Notes under the pieces: generated by a model
What the model saw: the letters and a program-made list of their open reading frames with translations, nothing else
What the model was told of the DNA's origin: nothing
Databases searched by the model: none
Shown: positions 10,296 through 21,801 of the stretch, in pieces
How positions within the stretch are numbered: the stretch's first letter is position 1
Layout of the letters: each line of letters opens with the position of its first letter
NCBI GenBank assembly: GCA_913051775.1
Contig: CAJXCL010000002.1
Coordinates: 18,307 to 82,306 of the forward strand
Direction of reading: 5' to 3'
DNA length: 64,000 nucleotides
Source of the DNA: an uncultured Nitrospirota bacterium
GTDB lineage: Bacteria; Nitrospinota; Nitrospinia; CAJXCL01
Position numbers and translations under genes: made by a program

Positions 10296-10312
10296 TTATG
10301 GAGTAAGATCAA

Positions 10313-10801
10313 ATGGAGTCTTTAGATTTTAGACTGATTATAGTCCAGGGCATCGGATTTGTACTACTGTATTTCCTATTGAAGAAGTTTTTATTTGGCC
10401 GAATTATCGATTTAATTAAGGCCAGAGAAAATGAAATCAGGGATACTTATGCTAAAAGCGACCAGGACAGGGATGAGGCTTCTAAATTAAAGTCCGATTA
10501 TGAAGCCAGAATCGCTCAGGCAGAAGAAGAAGCGCATAAAAAAATACAGGAAGCTGTGCTGGAAGCAAAAAAGATAAGCGATAATATTGTTAAAAATACG
10601 AAAGAGGAAACGGAAAAAATTAAAGAAAAAGCCAAGAGGGACATAGATCAGGAAAAAAAGAACGCCTTGGTTGAAATTAGAAAAGAAGTGGTTAATTTGA
10701 GTATGATTGCTACGGAAAAATTAATCGAAAAATCGGTTGACAAAAAAACGGCGGAAAAGCTGATAGAGAGCGCTATCCAGGATATAGGAGAAGTCTCGTG
10801 A
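10313..10801 (+). CDS. atpF: F-type ATP synthase Fo subunit b
   Basis: N-terminal TM helix followed by a long charged coiled coil (E/K/A-rich). Operon position supports the call. Confidence 0.8.
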   Translation: MESLDFRLIIVQGIGFVLLYFLLKKFLFGRIIDLIKARENEIRDTYAKSDQDRDEASKLKSDYEARIAQAEEEAHKKIQEAVLEAKKISDNIVKNTKEETEKIKEKAKRDIDQEKKNALVEIRKEVVNLSMIATEKLIEKSVDKKTAEKLIESAIQDIGEVS

Positions 10802-11346
10802 TCGAAAGGATAGCCGTTGGCAGATACGCTCAGGTATTGCTGGAAGAAGCTGCTGCATTAAATAAAGTAGATGAATTTGAAGAAGAACTCAAGTGGCTGG
10901 ATTCTTTATTGATAACAAACCCGAAACTGTTTCTTGTTTTAAAAAATCCTTTAGTTCAGCCTAAAAAGAAAAAAGAGTTAGTAGATAAAGTTTTTTCCAA
11001 AAATATCAACCTAAAACTAAAAAACTTTTTGTATCTTCTGATTGATAAACGCCGTGTGGAAATTTTGGAAGGAGTCCTAAAAGAATATCAGTTAAGGGCT
11101 GATACATACAGGGGAGTGGTAAAAGCCGAAGTGCAGTCTGCTATTACACTTTCCGAACAAAAAGTTGAAGAAATCAAAAAAGCACTTGAGAGCAAAATAA
11201 AAAAAACCATAAAAATTGAAGCGAAAGTTTTTCCAAAAATTATTGGAGGCTTAATCATTTATATTGGCTCCTCAATTATCGATAGGAGTATCATGGGACG
11301 ATTAAAAGTAATGCGGGAAAAACTGTTGGCAATGGAAGGGATGTGA
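10798..11346 (+). CDS. atpH: F-type ATP synthase subunit delta (OSCP)
   Basis: 182 aa, lies between atpF and atpA, and its start overlaps the atpF stop. Confidence 0.75.
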   Translation: MIERIAVGRYAQVLLEEAAALNKVDEFEEELKWLDSLLITNPKLFLVLKNPLVQPKKKKELVDKVFSKNINLKLKNFLYLLIDKRRVEILEGVLKEYQLRADTYRGVVKAEVQSAITLSEQKVEEIKKALESKIKKTIKIEAKVFPKIIGGLIIYIGSSIIDRSIMGRLKVMREKLLAMEGM

Positions 11347-11494
11347 AAGTTTACAGTAATCAGAGCTCAGTTGTCAGATTATTTGTACCATTTAGGTAGG
11401 TTTTATGTTGAACTCGAATCTAATGACAGGCTGACAGCCGATCCCTGACATCTGTAAACTTTTTATTATTAAATTTATTACAAGGAGGTCTGTT

Positions 11495-13009
11495 TTGGCA
11501 TTAAGGGCGGAAGAAATTACCTCGATTATAAAAAAAGAACTGAGTGGTTACGAAGAAAAACTCAAAATGGAAAGTGTGGGAACCGTTTTACAGGTTGGTG
11601 ACGGTATCGCGCGCGTTTATGGGTTAGATGACTGCATGTACATGGAGTTATTGGAATTTCCTAATAGCATTTTTGGAGTAGCTCTGAACCTTGAACGGGA
11701 CAATGTCGGCGTCATAATCATGGGTCCGGACACAGGAATTAAAGAAGGAGACATTGTTAAAACAACCGGCAAGATTATTCAGGTTCCTGTGGGCGATGCC
11801 ATGTTGGGAAGAGTTGTGAATGCTCTCGGTCAACCCATTGATGGAAAAGGAGAGATTGCTACAGAAAAATTCTTTCCATTAGAAGGAAGAGCGCCTAATG
11901 TTGTGCAAAGACAGCCTGTTAAAGAACCTATTCAGACAGGAATAAAAGCCATAGATGCCATGATCCCGATAGGGAGGGGTCAGAGAGAACTAATTATCGG
12001 GGACCGCCAGACCGGAAAGACCGCGATATGTATTGATACAATCATCAATCAAAAAAATACAGATGTTTATTGCATCTACGTGGCTATAGGACAAAAACAA
12101 TCCACTGTAGTCGGAGTTCAGGAGACTCTTGAGAAATACGGGGGCATGGATTACACCACGATCGTTGCGGCTAACGCGTCAGATCCCGCACCCATGCAGT
12201 ATATAGCACCTTACGCGGGCTGTGCGATGGGAGAATACTTCAGGGATAATAAAAAGCATTGCCTGATAATTTACGATGATCTATATAAACATGCTGTAGC
12301 TTATAGGCAGGTATCTTTACTGCTTAGAAGACCGCCGGGCCGTGAGGCGTTTCCCGGCGATATTTTTAACCTTCACTCTAGACTTTTGGAAAGAGCGGCA
12401 AAATTAAACGATGAACTCGGAGGTGGTTCTTTAACCGCGCTCCCTATTGTTGAAACTCAGGCAGGTGACTATGCCGCATACATTCCTACTAACGTGATAT
12501 CTATTACCGATGGACAGATTTATCTGCAGGGCGATCTTTTCTATGCCGGCGTCAGACCCGCAATTAACGTTGGCCTTTCCGTGTCCAGGGTTGGGGGAAA
12601 CGCCCAGATACCTGCCATGAAAAAAGTCGCTGGAACACTGCGGCTTGATCTCGCACAGTACAGGGAATTGGCCGCGTTTGCCCAGTTTGGCTCGGATCTC
12701 GATAAAGCGACAAAGTCCCAATTAGATAGAGGAATCAGAATGGTGGAAATCCTGAAACAGGGCCAGTTCATTCCGCTGGACGTAATAAGCCAGGTAATGA
12801 TTATCTCAATTGCCGGTTTTGGGTATCTTGATGATGTGCCGGTTAATGAAATGCAACCTTTTGAAAAAGGTTTCTATAAATACGCGGACAAAAATTTTCC
12901 ACATCTGAGAGAAAAATTAGCCGCGGAGAAGAAATTGTCCGATGACATTGTAGACTTGCTAAAAAAAGCAGCTGAAGGATACAAAGCAGAGTATAAAAAA
13001 GGAGCTTAA
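11495..13009 (+). CDS. atpA: F-type ATP synthase subunit alpha
   Basis: P-loop GDRQTGKT, and the protein aligns with alpha subunits throughout. TTG start. Confidence 0.95.
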   Translation: MALRAEEITSIIKKELSGYEEKLKMESVGTVLQVGDGIARVYGLDDCMYMELLEFPNSIFGVALNLERDNVGVIIMGPDTGIKEGDIVKTTGKIIQVPVGDAMLGRVVNALGQPIDGKGEIATEKFFPLEGRAPNVVQRQPVKEPIQTGIKAIDAMIPIGRGQRELIIGDRQTGKTAICIDTIINQKNTDVYCIYVAIGQKQSTVVGVQETLEKYGGMDYTTIVAANASDPAPMQYIAPYAGCAMGEYFRDNKKHCLIIYDDLYKHAVAYRQVSLLLRRPPGREAFPGDIFNLHSRLLERAAKLNDELGGGSLTALPIVETQAGDYAAYIPTNVISITDGQIYLQGDLFYAGVRPAINVGLSVSRVGGNAQIPAMKKVAGTLRLDLAQYRELAAFAQFGSDLDKATKSQLDRGIRMVEILKQGQFIPLDVISQVMIISIAGFGYLDDVPVNEMQPFEKGFYKYADKNFPHLREKLAAEKKLSDDIVDLLKKAAEGYKAEYKKGA

Positions 13010-13147
13010 CTGCTATTTAAAACTCGAAATCCGAAATAAACTCAAATAATAAAACTTAATTCTCTCTGTTGTTTATGAAATTTAATGTTTGAATTTTGGA
13101 TTTGTTTCGGTTTTTGCTATTCGGATTTAAACCTTTAAAGTATTTTT

Positions 13148-14005
13148 ATGGCCTCAGCAAAAGATATAAAAAAAAGAATAAAGGGCATCAAAAACATCCA
13201 GCAAATCACCAGGGCTATGGAAATGGTTGCCGGAGCAAAGCTCAGACGCGCTCAAGTGCTGGCGGAAAGCGCGAAACCCTACGCTGAAAAAATACAGTCC
13301 CTTATGCAAAACCTTGGTTCATCCGTTTCCGCCTTTGAACATCCCCTTCTGACAAAAAGAGCGGAAAACAATGTCGCCCTGATTTTAGTTACATCAGATA
13401 GAGGTCTTTGCGGAGCTTATAACACAAACCTGTTCAAAAAAGTTCAAGCATACTTCAGAGAAAATCAAGACAAAAAAATCTCCCTCTTTTGTATTGGCAA
13501 AAAAGGAAATGATTTTTTTAAGCATAGAAATTACGATATTCGATATTATTCTCCCTCGGACAATAAAATTATGACCCTGGATAAAGTGAATGAACTGGTG
13601 GATAAAATGATAAACGAATACACCAACACTTTTTTCGACAAAGTTCTGATAGTATTTTCAAAGTTTGTTTCAGTGATGAATCAAATTCCAACGGAAAGAC
13701 CGCTTCTGCCGGTAGAAAAAATTGAAGAAAAGGAAGACCGGCGGGTGGATTATATTTTTGAACCCGGGGCTCAAAGTTTACTTGAAAAACTGTTTCCAAA
13801 ATACTTGGAGAATCAGCTTTATAACGCAATTGTGGAGTCTTATGCGTCGGAATTAGCAGCACGTCTTGTGTCCATGAAAAACGCTACCAAGAGTGCGGGA
13901 GAAATGATAGATTCTCTGACACTAACTTATAATAAGGCAAGACAGGCTGGAATCACAAAAGAGATTTTAGAAATTATCTCCGGGGCAGAAGCCCTGAAAG
14001 GATAA
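13148..14005 (+). CDS. atpG: F-type ATP synthase subunit gamma
   Basis: N-terminus MASAKDIKKRIKGIKNIQQITRAMEMVAGAKLRRAQ is typical of gamma subunits. Confidence 0.9.
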   Translation: MASAKDIKKRIKGIKNIQQITRAMEMVAGAKLRRAQVLAESAKPYAEKIQSLMQNLGSSVSAFEHPLLTKRAENNVALILVTSDRGLCGAYNTNLFKKVQAYFRENQDKKISLFCIGKKGNDFFKHRNYDIRYYSPSDNKIMTLDKVNELVDKMINEYTNTFFDKVLIVFSKFVSVMNQIPTERPLLPVEKIEEKEDRRVDYIFEPGAQSLLEKLFPKYLENQLYNAIVESYASELAARLVSMKNATKSAGEMIDSLTLTYNKARQAGITKEILEIISGAEALKG

Positions 14006-14086
14006 AAGTTCATTACCCCCCATTATTATTCCTCCCTAACAAGGGGGATTAAGGGGGCGTTAAAATCTGCGTTCTATTTAATTTAA

Positions 14087-15861
<1,775 letters not shown>

Positions 15862-15890
15862 ATAAAAAAGCAATAGAGGAGTTTTTTTAA

Positions 15891-16364
15891 ATGAACTTTG
15901 TTTTTACCTCAATAATAATGTTTGTTTTCTGGATACTCCTGTCAGGTGAGTTCCATTTTTTACTCATGCTCTCAGGTATTGTATTTAGCCTCTTTGTTGC
16001 GTACATATCTCATGACCTTTTGATCGGAAGCGATAATATTAGACTTTTCTCTACAAGGATGCTCAGATTCTGCAGATACGTGCCGTGGCTTGTCTGGCAG
16101 ATTTTGCTGGCTAATCTCGACTTGGTCTATCGCACCCTGCACCCGAAAATGCCGATAGACCCACAGGTTATCAGATTTGATACAGCTCTTAGGTCAGATA
16201 TAGGGATAACAGTTCTTGCCAACTCAATAACACTCACACCCGGTACAGTCACTATAGTGGCAAACCAGGATGGTGAATTCATTGTCCATGCCATAGCAAG
16301 GAAGCCTGCTAAAGATCTTCTGGCAGGCGAGATGCAGGCAAAGGTAAAGAGAGTAGAGGGATAA
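15891..16364 (+). CDS. mrpE: Mrp/Mnh cation:proton antiporter subunit E
   Basis: MnhE-type signature SITLTPGT plus N-terminal TM helices. Confidence 0.8.
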   Translation: MNFVFTSIIMFVFWILLSGEFHFLLMLSGIVFSLFVAYISHDLLIGSDNIRLFSTRMLRFCRYVPWLVWQILLANLDLVYRTLHPKMPIDPQVIRFDTALRSDIGITVLANSITLTPGTVTIVANQDGEFIVHAIARKPAKDLLAGEMQAKVKRVEG

Positions 16365-16367
16365 TCA

Positions 16368-16622
16368 ATGTTTGATGCAGTTGCAACTATTATTGTATTT
16401 GCAGCAATTTTAGTCCTGTACAGGGTTATTAAAGGACCCACGATTTATGACAGAGTGCTCGCTGCAAATGCGATAGGAACAAAAACTGTGGTGCTCATAG
16501 CACTTATAGGATTTATCTATGAGCGCCCACATTTTCTTGATATTGCATTGGTATATGCGCTTATAAACTTTATAGCAACTATAGCTATTCTTAAATATCA
16601 AGAAATGGGGAGACTGGACTGA
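16368..16622 (+). CDS. mrpF: Mrp/Mnh antiporter subunit F
   Basis: 84-aa membrane protein with the MnhF/PhaF pattern (…KGPTIYDRVLAANAIGT…). Confidence 0.75.
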   Translation: MFDAVATIIVFAAILVLYRVIKGPTIYDRVLAANAIGTKTVVLIALIGFIYERPHFLDIALVYALINFIATIAILKYQEMGRLD

Positions 16623-16936
16623 TGGTAGTCACAACGATTATATCATACCTCTTTTTGGCAGTCGGTTGCTTTTTGATTGTGGTTGCATCAATTGGGATAA
16701 TCCGGTTCCCTGATGTTTATTCCAGAATACATCCTGCGGGCAAGTCTGACACCCTCGGACAGGCAATGATATTTATAGGATTGATGATTTATGAAGGGCT
16801 TTCTTTTGTAAGCATTAAGCTCTTAATAATTGTCATATTTATATTTATTACTAATCCGACAGCGACCCATGCTCTCGTAAATGCAGCACATGCGGCGGGT
16901 CTAAAGCCATGGGAAAAAGGTGATGACAGAAATTGA
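16622..16936 (+). CDS. mrpG: Mrp/Mnh antiporter subunit G
   Basis: About 100 aa with MnhG pattern (…IRFPDVYSRIHPAGKSDTLG…). Confidence 0.75.
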   Translation: MVVTTIISYLFLAVGCFLIVVASIGIIRFPDVYSRIHPAGKSDTLGQAMIFIGLMIYEGLSFVSIKLLIIVIFIFITNPTATHALVNAAHAAGLKPWEKGDDRN

Positions 16937-17058
16937 TCATTCGCCAATACCATATAGTTTCTAATGAGTAAATTTGAATTTGTTGAACTAAATTGTTTGT
17001 TAAGATTATTGTCACTAAAAGATGACTAATTTTAGTGGAAAAATGAAAAAGGAATGAA

Positions 17059-18090
17059 TTGATGATTGATTTGATGCTTCTTTTATTTCTTGTTGTGTGT
17101 GCTATTGCCGCAGTTTCCATGAAGGACTTGCTGAGTACAACCATTATCCTTGGAGTATATAGCTTAATAATGACTGTAGTATGGACAAGGCTGAATGCAG
17201 TAGATGTTGCCTTTACAGAGGCGTCTGTTGGGGCCGGTATTACAACAGTGTTAATAATAGCAGCATTGAGCAGAACAAAAAGGGAGGAAGAAGGTCAGGA
17301 ATATGGGATGTGGAGCAAGCTGTTGAATCCTCAAGACTTAAAGTTGACTGATAAACAGTCGCCACTTTTATGGTTGACATCCTTATTTATTGTACTAATA
17401 ACCGGAGCTGTATTGATATATGGCACCATTGATATGCCTGATTTTGGAGACCCAGATGCACCGGCGAATATTCATTTGGCTAAAAGGTTTATAGAAGAAT
17501 CCTATGAAGAAACAGGTGTACCTAATTTTGTTACCGCGATTCTTGCAAGCTATAGAGGATATGATACCCTCGGAGAGACTACTGTCATATTTACAGCAGG
17601 GATATCTTTGATATTGCTGTTAAGGAGAAAGAGCTATATCTGTGATACTACTATCAAAGAGAAAGAAATGAAGGAGCACATAGTTATAAGAACTATCTCC
17701 AGAATCCTGATCCCATTTGTGCAGCTTTATGCACTTTATGTTATTGCTCATGGTGAACTTAGCCCGGGCGGTGGGTTTCAAGGCGGAGTAATTTTTGGCT
17801 CAAGCATAATTCTTTATGTAATAGCCTTCGGTCTAGAGGAAGGAAGGAAGGTAAGAATTTTTCGAGAGATGGGCGACCTTTTAAATTCAACAGGCGTTTT
17901 AATATATGCAGGCATTGGGGTTCTCTGTTTATTGGCAGGGGGTGCATATCTCGAATACGATAAGCTCCCTCTGGGGTCAGAAAAAATGGCAAGTTCTTTA
18001 GGAATTTATGGCATTGAAATAGGTGTAGGGATTACAGTTGCTGCTGTAATGATAACCATATTCTTTATAACAGCAAGGCATGAAAGATGA
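17059..18090 (+). CDS. mrpB: MrpB-like subunit (DUF4040 N-domain fused to an MnhB domain)
   Basis: N-terminal DUF4040-like TM segment, then the MnhB core …YALYVIAHGELSPGGGFQGGVIFGSSI…. Architecture resembles the MbhD/E proteins of Mbh-type complexes. Confidence 0.7.
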   Translation: MMIDLMLLLFLVVCAIAAVSMKDLLSTTIILGVYSLIMTVVWTRLNAVDVAFTEASVGAGITTVLIIAALSRTKREEEGQEYGMWSKLLNPQDLKLTDKQSPLLWLTSLFIVLITGAVLIYGTIDMPDFGDPDAPANIHLAKRFIEESYEETGVPNFVTAILASYRGYDTLGETTVIFTAGISLILLLRRKSYICDTTIKEKEMKEHIVIRTISRILIPFVQLYALYVIAHGELSPGGGFQGGVIFGSSIILYVIAFGLEEGRKVRIFREMGDLLNSTGVLIYAGIGVLCLLAGGAYLEYDKLPLGSEKMASSLGIYGIEIGVGITVAAVMITIFFITARHER

Positions 18091-18515
18091 TTGAGCTCAT
18101 TTTAGGAAAATATAACTACTGGGTTTATATAACGCTTATGATGATAGGATTTTATGCAATGATTGAAAAAGAAAACCTGATTAAAAAAATCATTGGCATG
18201 AATATCTTTCAAACGGCAGTGTTTCTTTTTTACATATCTATTGCTAAGGTAAAAGGAGGAACTGCACCTATACTATGGGAAAAAGAAGGAATCCCGTACG
18301 ATAACCCCATTCCACATGTACTGATCCTTACCGCTATTGTTGTATCTGTGAGCACAACAGCAGTTGCCCTTGCCCTGATAATAAGGATATTTAAGGAATA
18401 CGGCACTATTGAAGAAGATAAAATCCTAATTATGAGTGAAGTGAGCGGCAAACAGGATTCGACAGAAAATTCCAAATTTTTATCTTCCACCTCCTTGCTT
18501 CAGAAGGGAGAATGA
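18087..18515 (+). CDS. mrpC: Mrp/Mnh antiporter subunit C (NuoK-like)
   Basis: Three-TM NuoK/MnhC-like protein (…NIFQTAVFLFYI…). Confidence 0.75.
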   Translation: MIELILGKYNYWVYITLMMIGFYAMIEKENLIKKIIGMNIFQTAVFLFYISIAKVKGGTAPILWEKEGIPYDNPIPHVLILTAIVVSVSTTAVALALIIRIFKEYGTIEEDKILIMSEVSGKQDSTENSKFLSSTSLLQKGE

Positions 18516-20047
18516 CTTTGACAGAAAGCCTTCCAATCCTGGTCATCATTATACCTTTAATATCAGCAATTATAATTCCTCTCATCGGAAGGATTGATAA
18601 GTCAATTGCCTTTGCTTTCGTCATATCTGCAAATTTTTTGTCCTTTATCATCTCAATTTCTCTTTTAAATACTGTCATGGAAACCGGCAGAATCAGTTAT
18701 TGGCTTGGCGGCTGGGAGCCTCCATGGGGTATAGAGTATGTGGTTGATTATCTAAGTGGCTTTGTACTCGTCATTGTTTCATTCATTGCTTTTATTATAT
18801 CAGTATACGCAAAAAAGAGTGTTGAGATGGAGGTTGAAGGGGAAAAAATACTCCCCTTTTACTCAATATACATGTTACTAGTTACAGGGTTTATGGGGAT
18901 GATCATAACCGGAGATATATTTAATCTTTATGTGTTTATTGAAATATCAGCTCTTGCTGGTTATGCCCTGATTGCCATAGGGAAAAAGAGAGCTGCTCTT
19001 ATAGCTAGTTATAACTATCTTGTGTTAGGCACAATAGGAGCCACATTTATCCTCCTTGGTATCGGCTACCTTTACATGGCTACCGGCACTTTGAATATGG
19101 CAGATTTGAGAGAGCGGCTGCCTATGCTTTATGACTCAAAGGTTGTGCTAACTGCCTTTGCATTTATAACGGTTGGGCTGAGCCTGAAACTCGCCCTTTT
19201 CCCGTTTCATATTTGGTTACCAAACGTATACAATCATGCTCCATCGGTTGTGTCCGCTTTAATGGCAGCAACTTCCGCAAAGGTTATTGCTTATGTTCTT
19301 GTGCGGATAATGTTTTCTGTATTTACGATGAAGTTTGATCTGGAGGTTGTGCCTGTTACAAAGATACTCCTCTTCCTTTCCGTCATTGCAATTATTGCCG
19401 GCTCTGTTCTTGCTATTGCCCAGACTAATATAAAACGGATGCTGGCATACTCCAGTATTGGGCAGATCGGATACATCGTCCTTGGCATTGCCATTTCAAA
19501 TCAACTATCCATGACCGGAAGCCTTATCCATTTACTAAACCACGCCCTGATGAAAGGAACCTTATTTCTTGTAGTCGGTGCTGTTGTTTACAAAACAGGC
19601 ATGGAAGATATATCGAGTCTCAAAGGTATGGGTAAAAAGATGCCTTTTACTATGGCTGCCTTTACAATTGGAGCGCTTTCGATGATCGGTGTTCCCCTTA
19701 CCGTTGGTTTTGTTAGCAAGTGGTATCTTGCCCTTGGCGCCCTGAAGGCCGGTATGTGGTTCTTGGTTTTCATAATCCTTGTAAGCTCTCTCCTTAATGC
19801 GGTGTATTTCTGGAGGGTTATTGAGGGGATATACTTTCATCAGAAGCCAAAAGTCAGAAGTCAGAAGTCAACAACTAAGGATTCAATCGAAAGCCTGAAA
19901 CCCGAAATCCAAAATCAAGACGATGCTCCTGTGGGTATGCTTATCCCGACGCTTATCCTTGCCGGTCTCTGTATAGTTTTTGGTATTGCTGCTTTTATAC
20001 CTGTATCTGTGGTAACACCAATTGTAAACATGCTTCTGGAGGTGTGA
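18512..20047 (+). CDS. mrpD: Mrp antiporter subunit D (NuoN/NuoM-like proton-pumping subunit)
   Basis: A 14-TM antiporter-like fold with the conserved region …LLNHALMKGTLFLVVGAVVYKTG…MPFT…. Confidence 0.8.
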   Translation: MTLTESLPILVIIIPLISAIIIPLIGRIDKSIAFAFVISANFLSFIISISLLNTVMETGRISYWLGGWEPPWGIEYVVDYLSGFVLVIVSFIAFIISVYAKKSVEMEVEGEKILPFYSIYMLLVTGFMGMIITGDIFNLYVFIEISALAGYALIAIGKKRAALIASYNYLVLGTIGATFILLGIGYLYMATGTLNMADLRERLPMLYDSKVVLTAFAFITVGLSLKLALFPFHIWLPNVYNHAPSVVSALMAATSAKVIAYVLVRIMFSVFTMKFDLEVVPVTKILLFLSVIAIIAGSVLAIAQTNIKRMLAYSSIGQIGYIVLGIAISNQLSMTGSLIHLLNHALMKGTLFLVVGAVVYKTGMEDISSLKGMGKKMPFTMAAFTIGALSMIGVPLTVGFVSKWYLALGALKAGMWFLVFIILVSSLLNAVYFWRVIEGIYFHQKPKVRSQKSTTKDSIESLKPEIQNQDDAPVGMLIPTLILAGLCIVFGIAAFIPVSVVTPIVNMLLEV

Positions 20048-20051
20048 ATTA

Positions 20052-21554
20052 GTGGAAATAATACAATCAGCACAGCCGCTTTATACCGTAGCCGTTTCTC
20101 TTTTAGCGATTATTCTTATCGGCTTGTCTGGTAATAAAGACCCTAACTTGAGAGAATCTTGGACAATCTTGGCAGCAATAATAAAGTTCTTTATGGTTGT
20201 TTCTATGATTCCACAAATCCTTGATAGTAAAGTAATTGAATATTCTCTCATCACGCTCCTACCGGGACTTGAAATAAAATTCAGAGTCGATGCCCTTGCC
20301 CTTACCTTTGCCACCACCGCTTCTTTTCTTTGGATTATCACATCGTTTTATTCTATTGGATATATGAGGACATTAAAGGAACATGCGCAGACTAGATATT
20401 TTATGTGCTTTGCCGGAGCAATGGCAGGAGCCATTGGCGTAGCCTTTTCTGCAAACCTGTTTACCCTTTTTCTCTTTTACGAAACTATCACCTTTTGCAC
20501 ATTCCCTCTTGTTGCCCATAGTGAAAAACCCGATGCCATAAAAGGTGCCAGAAAATATATTGTTTATCTACTGGGCACATCTTTAGCTTTTCAGTTATTT
20601 GCCATATTTCTTACATATAATGTTGCGGGAACTCTCGAATTTTCTAATCAGGGTATTCTGGCTGGAAAAGCTTCCAATGCACTGTTGACTGTAATATTTA
20701 TACTTTTCATTGCCGGGGTCGGAAAAGCCGCTATGATGCCACTTCACGCTTGGCTTCCTGCTGCCATGGTTGCTCCTGGGCCTGTAAGCGCCCTCTTACA
20801 TGCAGTGGCAGTAGTGAAGGTAGGAGTCTTTACAGTCGTAAAGGTGATACTTCATGTATTCGGAATTGACCTGCTCTCTCAACTTGGTCTCGGCACGTGC
20901 CTTGCTTATTTTGCTTCTTTTACTATAATAGTTGCATCCGTTATAGCGTTAAGACAGGATAATTTAAAAGCATGTCTTGCATATTCAACTATTAGCCAGC
21001 TATCTTATATCGTACTTGGTGTTGCACTCCTTGCTCCGTCCGGAATTACAGGGAGCATCTTGCACATAACAATGCATGCATTTGCAAAGATAACCCTGTT
21101 TTTTACAGCAGGAACAATTTATTTAGTTACTCATAAGACAAGGATAAGCGAGCTTGCCGGAATAGGAAAACAGATGCCATTTACAATGTCGGCCTTTGCA
21201 GTGGCCTCACTTTCTATGATAGGTATCCCCCCTCTCGGTGGTTTTTTGAGCAAGTGGTTTTTAGCTATTGGATCTATAGAGGCGAAGCAAATACCAATTA
21301 TTATTGTGTTGGCGACAAGCTCAATTCTTAATGCATCTTATTTTCTGCCAATAGTACATGCAGCATTCTTTAAAGAACCTCATTATGCTAAGCACCAGTC
21401 CCCTAAGCCAAAACAAAACATGCTTGAGGCCCCTGCCCTTGTGCTGATACCGCTTATGATTACTGCTATAGGGACGTTGGTATTGTTTCTATGGCCGTCG
21501 TTGTTTCTTGACCTTGCAAGGATCGTTGTTGCAGGTGTTACAGGAGAGAATTAA
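20052..21554 (+). CDS. Second NuoL/M/N-like antiporter subunit (MrpD/MrpA-like)
   Basis: Same fold as the preceding mrpD (…LHAVAVVKVGVF…MHAFAKITLFFTAGT…MPFTM…). Confidence 0.75.
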   Translation: MEIIQSAQPLYTVAVSLLAIILIGLSGNKDPNLRESWTILAAIIKFFMVVSMIPQILDSKVIEYSLITLLPGLEIKFRVDALALTFATTASFLWIITSFYSIGYMRTLKEHAQTRYFMCFAGAMAGAIGVAFSANLFTLFLFYETITFCTFPLVAHSEKPDAIKGARKYIVYLLGTSLAFQLFAIFLTYNVAGTLEFSNQGILAGKASNALLTVIFILFIAGVGKAAMMPLHAWLPAAMVAPGPVSALLHAVAVVKVGVFTVVKVILHVFGIDLLSQLGLGTCLAYFASFTIIVASVIALRQDNLKACLAYSTISQLSYIVLGVALLAPSGITGSILHITMHAFAKITLFFTAGTIYLVTHKTRISELAGIGKQMPFTMSAFAVASLSMIGIPPLGGFLSKWFLAIGSIEAKQIPIIIVLATSSILNASYFLPIVHAAFFKEPHYAKHQSPKPKQNMLEAPALVLIPLMITAIGTLVLFLWPSLFLDLARIVVAGVTGEN

Positions 21555-21558
21555 AAAG

Positions 21559-21801
21559 ATGAAAAAAGAGATAGAGTTCTTTGATAAACCCAAAAACATA
21601 AAAATAATGCGCAGGGTATTCCACCTATCTCTTGTCGTGCTTATTGCCTTAGATTTTTTTATCTCAAAACACCCCCAATTCTCCATGGAAGGAATCCCGG
21701 GATTCTATGCCACGTACGGGTTTATTGCATGTGCTTTGATCATTGCCGTATCAAAGGCCCTGGGACTTTGGCTTAAAAAGAAAGAGGATTATTATGACTA
21801 A
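21559..21801 (+). CDS. Small two-TM membrane protein inside the Mrp cluster
   Basis: 81 aa. RBS ggagag precedes the ATG at 21559. Its end overlaps the next gene by 8 nt. No recognisable family. Confidence 0.45.
   Translation: MKKEIEFFDKPKNIKIMRRVFHLSLVVLIALDFFISKHPQFSMEGIPGFYATYGFIACALIIAVSKALGLWLKKKEDYYD

Noticed and set aside
10103-10306. 67-aa plus-strand ORF in the same spacer
   Set aside because: It overlaps REP-like copy B, has no RBS, and translates to the low-complexity repeat-derived peptide …SGLNPLGGFPWGTVQFGFPYRIV…
10055-10312. 85-aa minus-strand ORF inside the atpE-atpF spacer
   Set aside because: It lies entirely within REP-like copy B. Its RTELDG peptide also appears in the artefactual N-terminal extension of the thiolase across copy D, so it is repeat-derived and not coding.
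19840-19880. Hexamer tandem repeat (agaagtc)x3 inside mrpD and a 21-bp tandem duplication inside the YgiM-like gene (~27815-27860)
   Set aside because: Short in-frame SSRs that encode KVRSQKS and IEELKKKIEELKK. They are possible slippage sites, but nothing suggests phase variation because the repeat unit is a multiple of 3 and sits within loop or coiled-coil regions.
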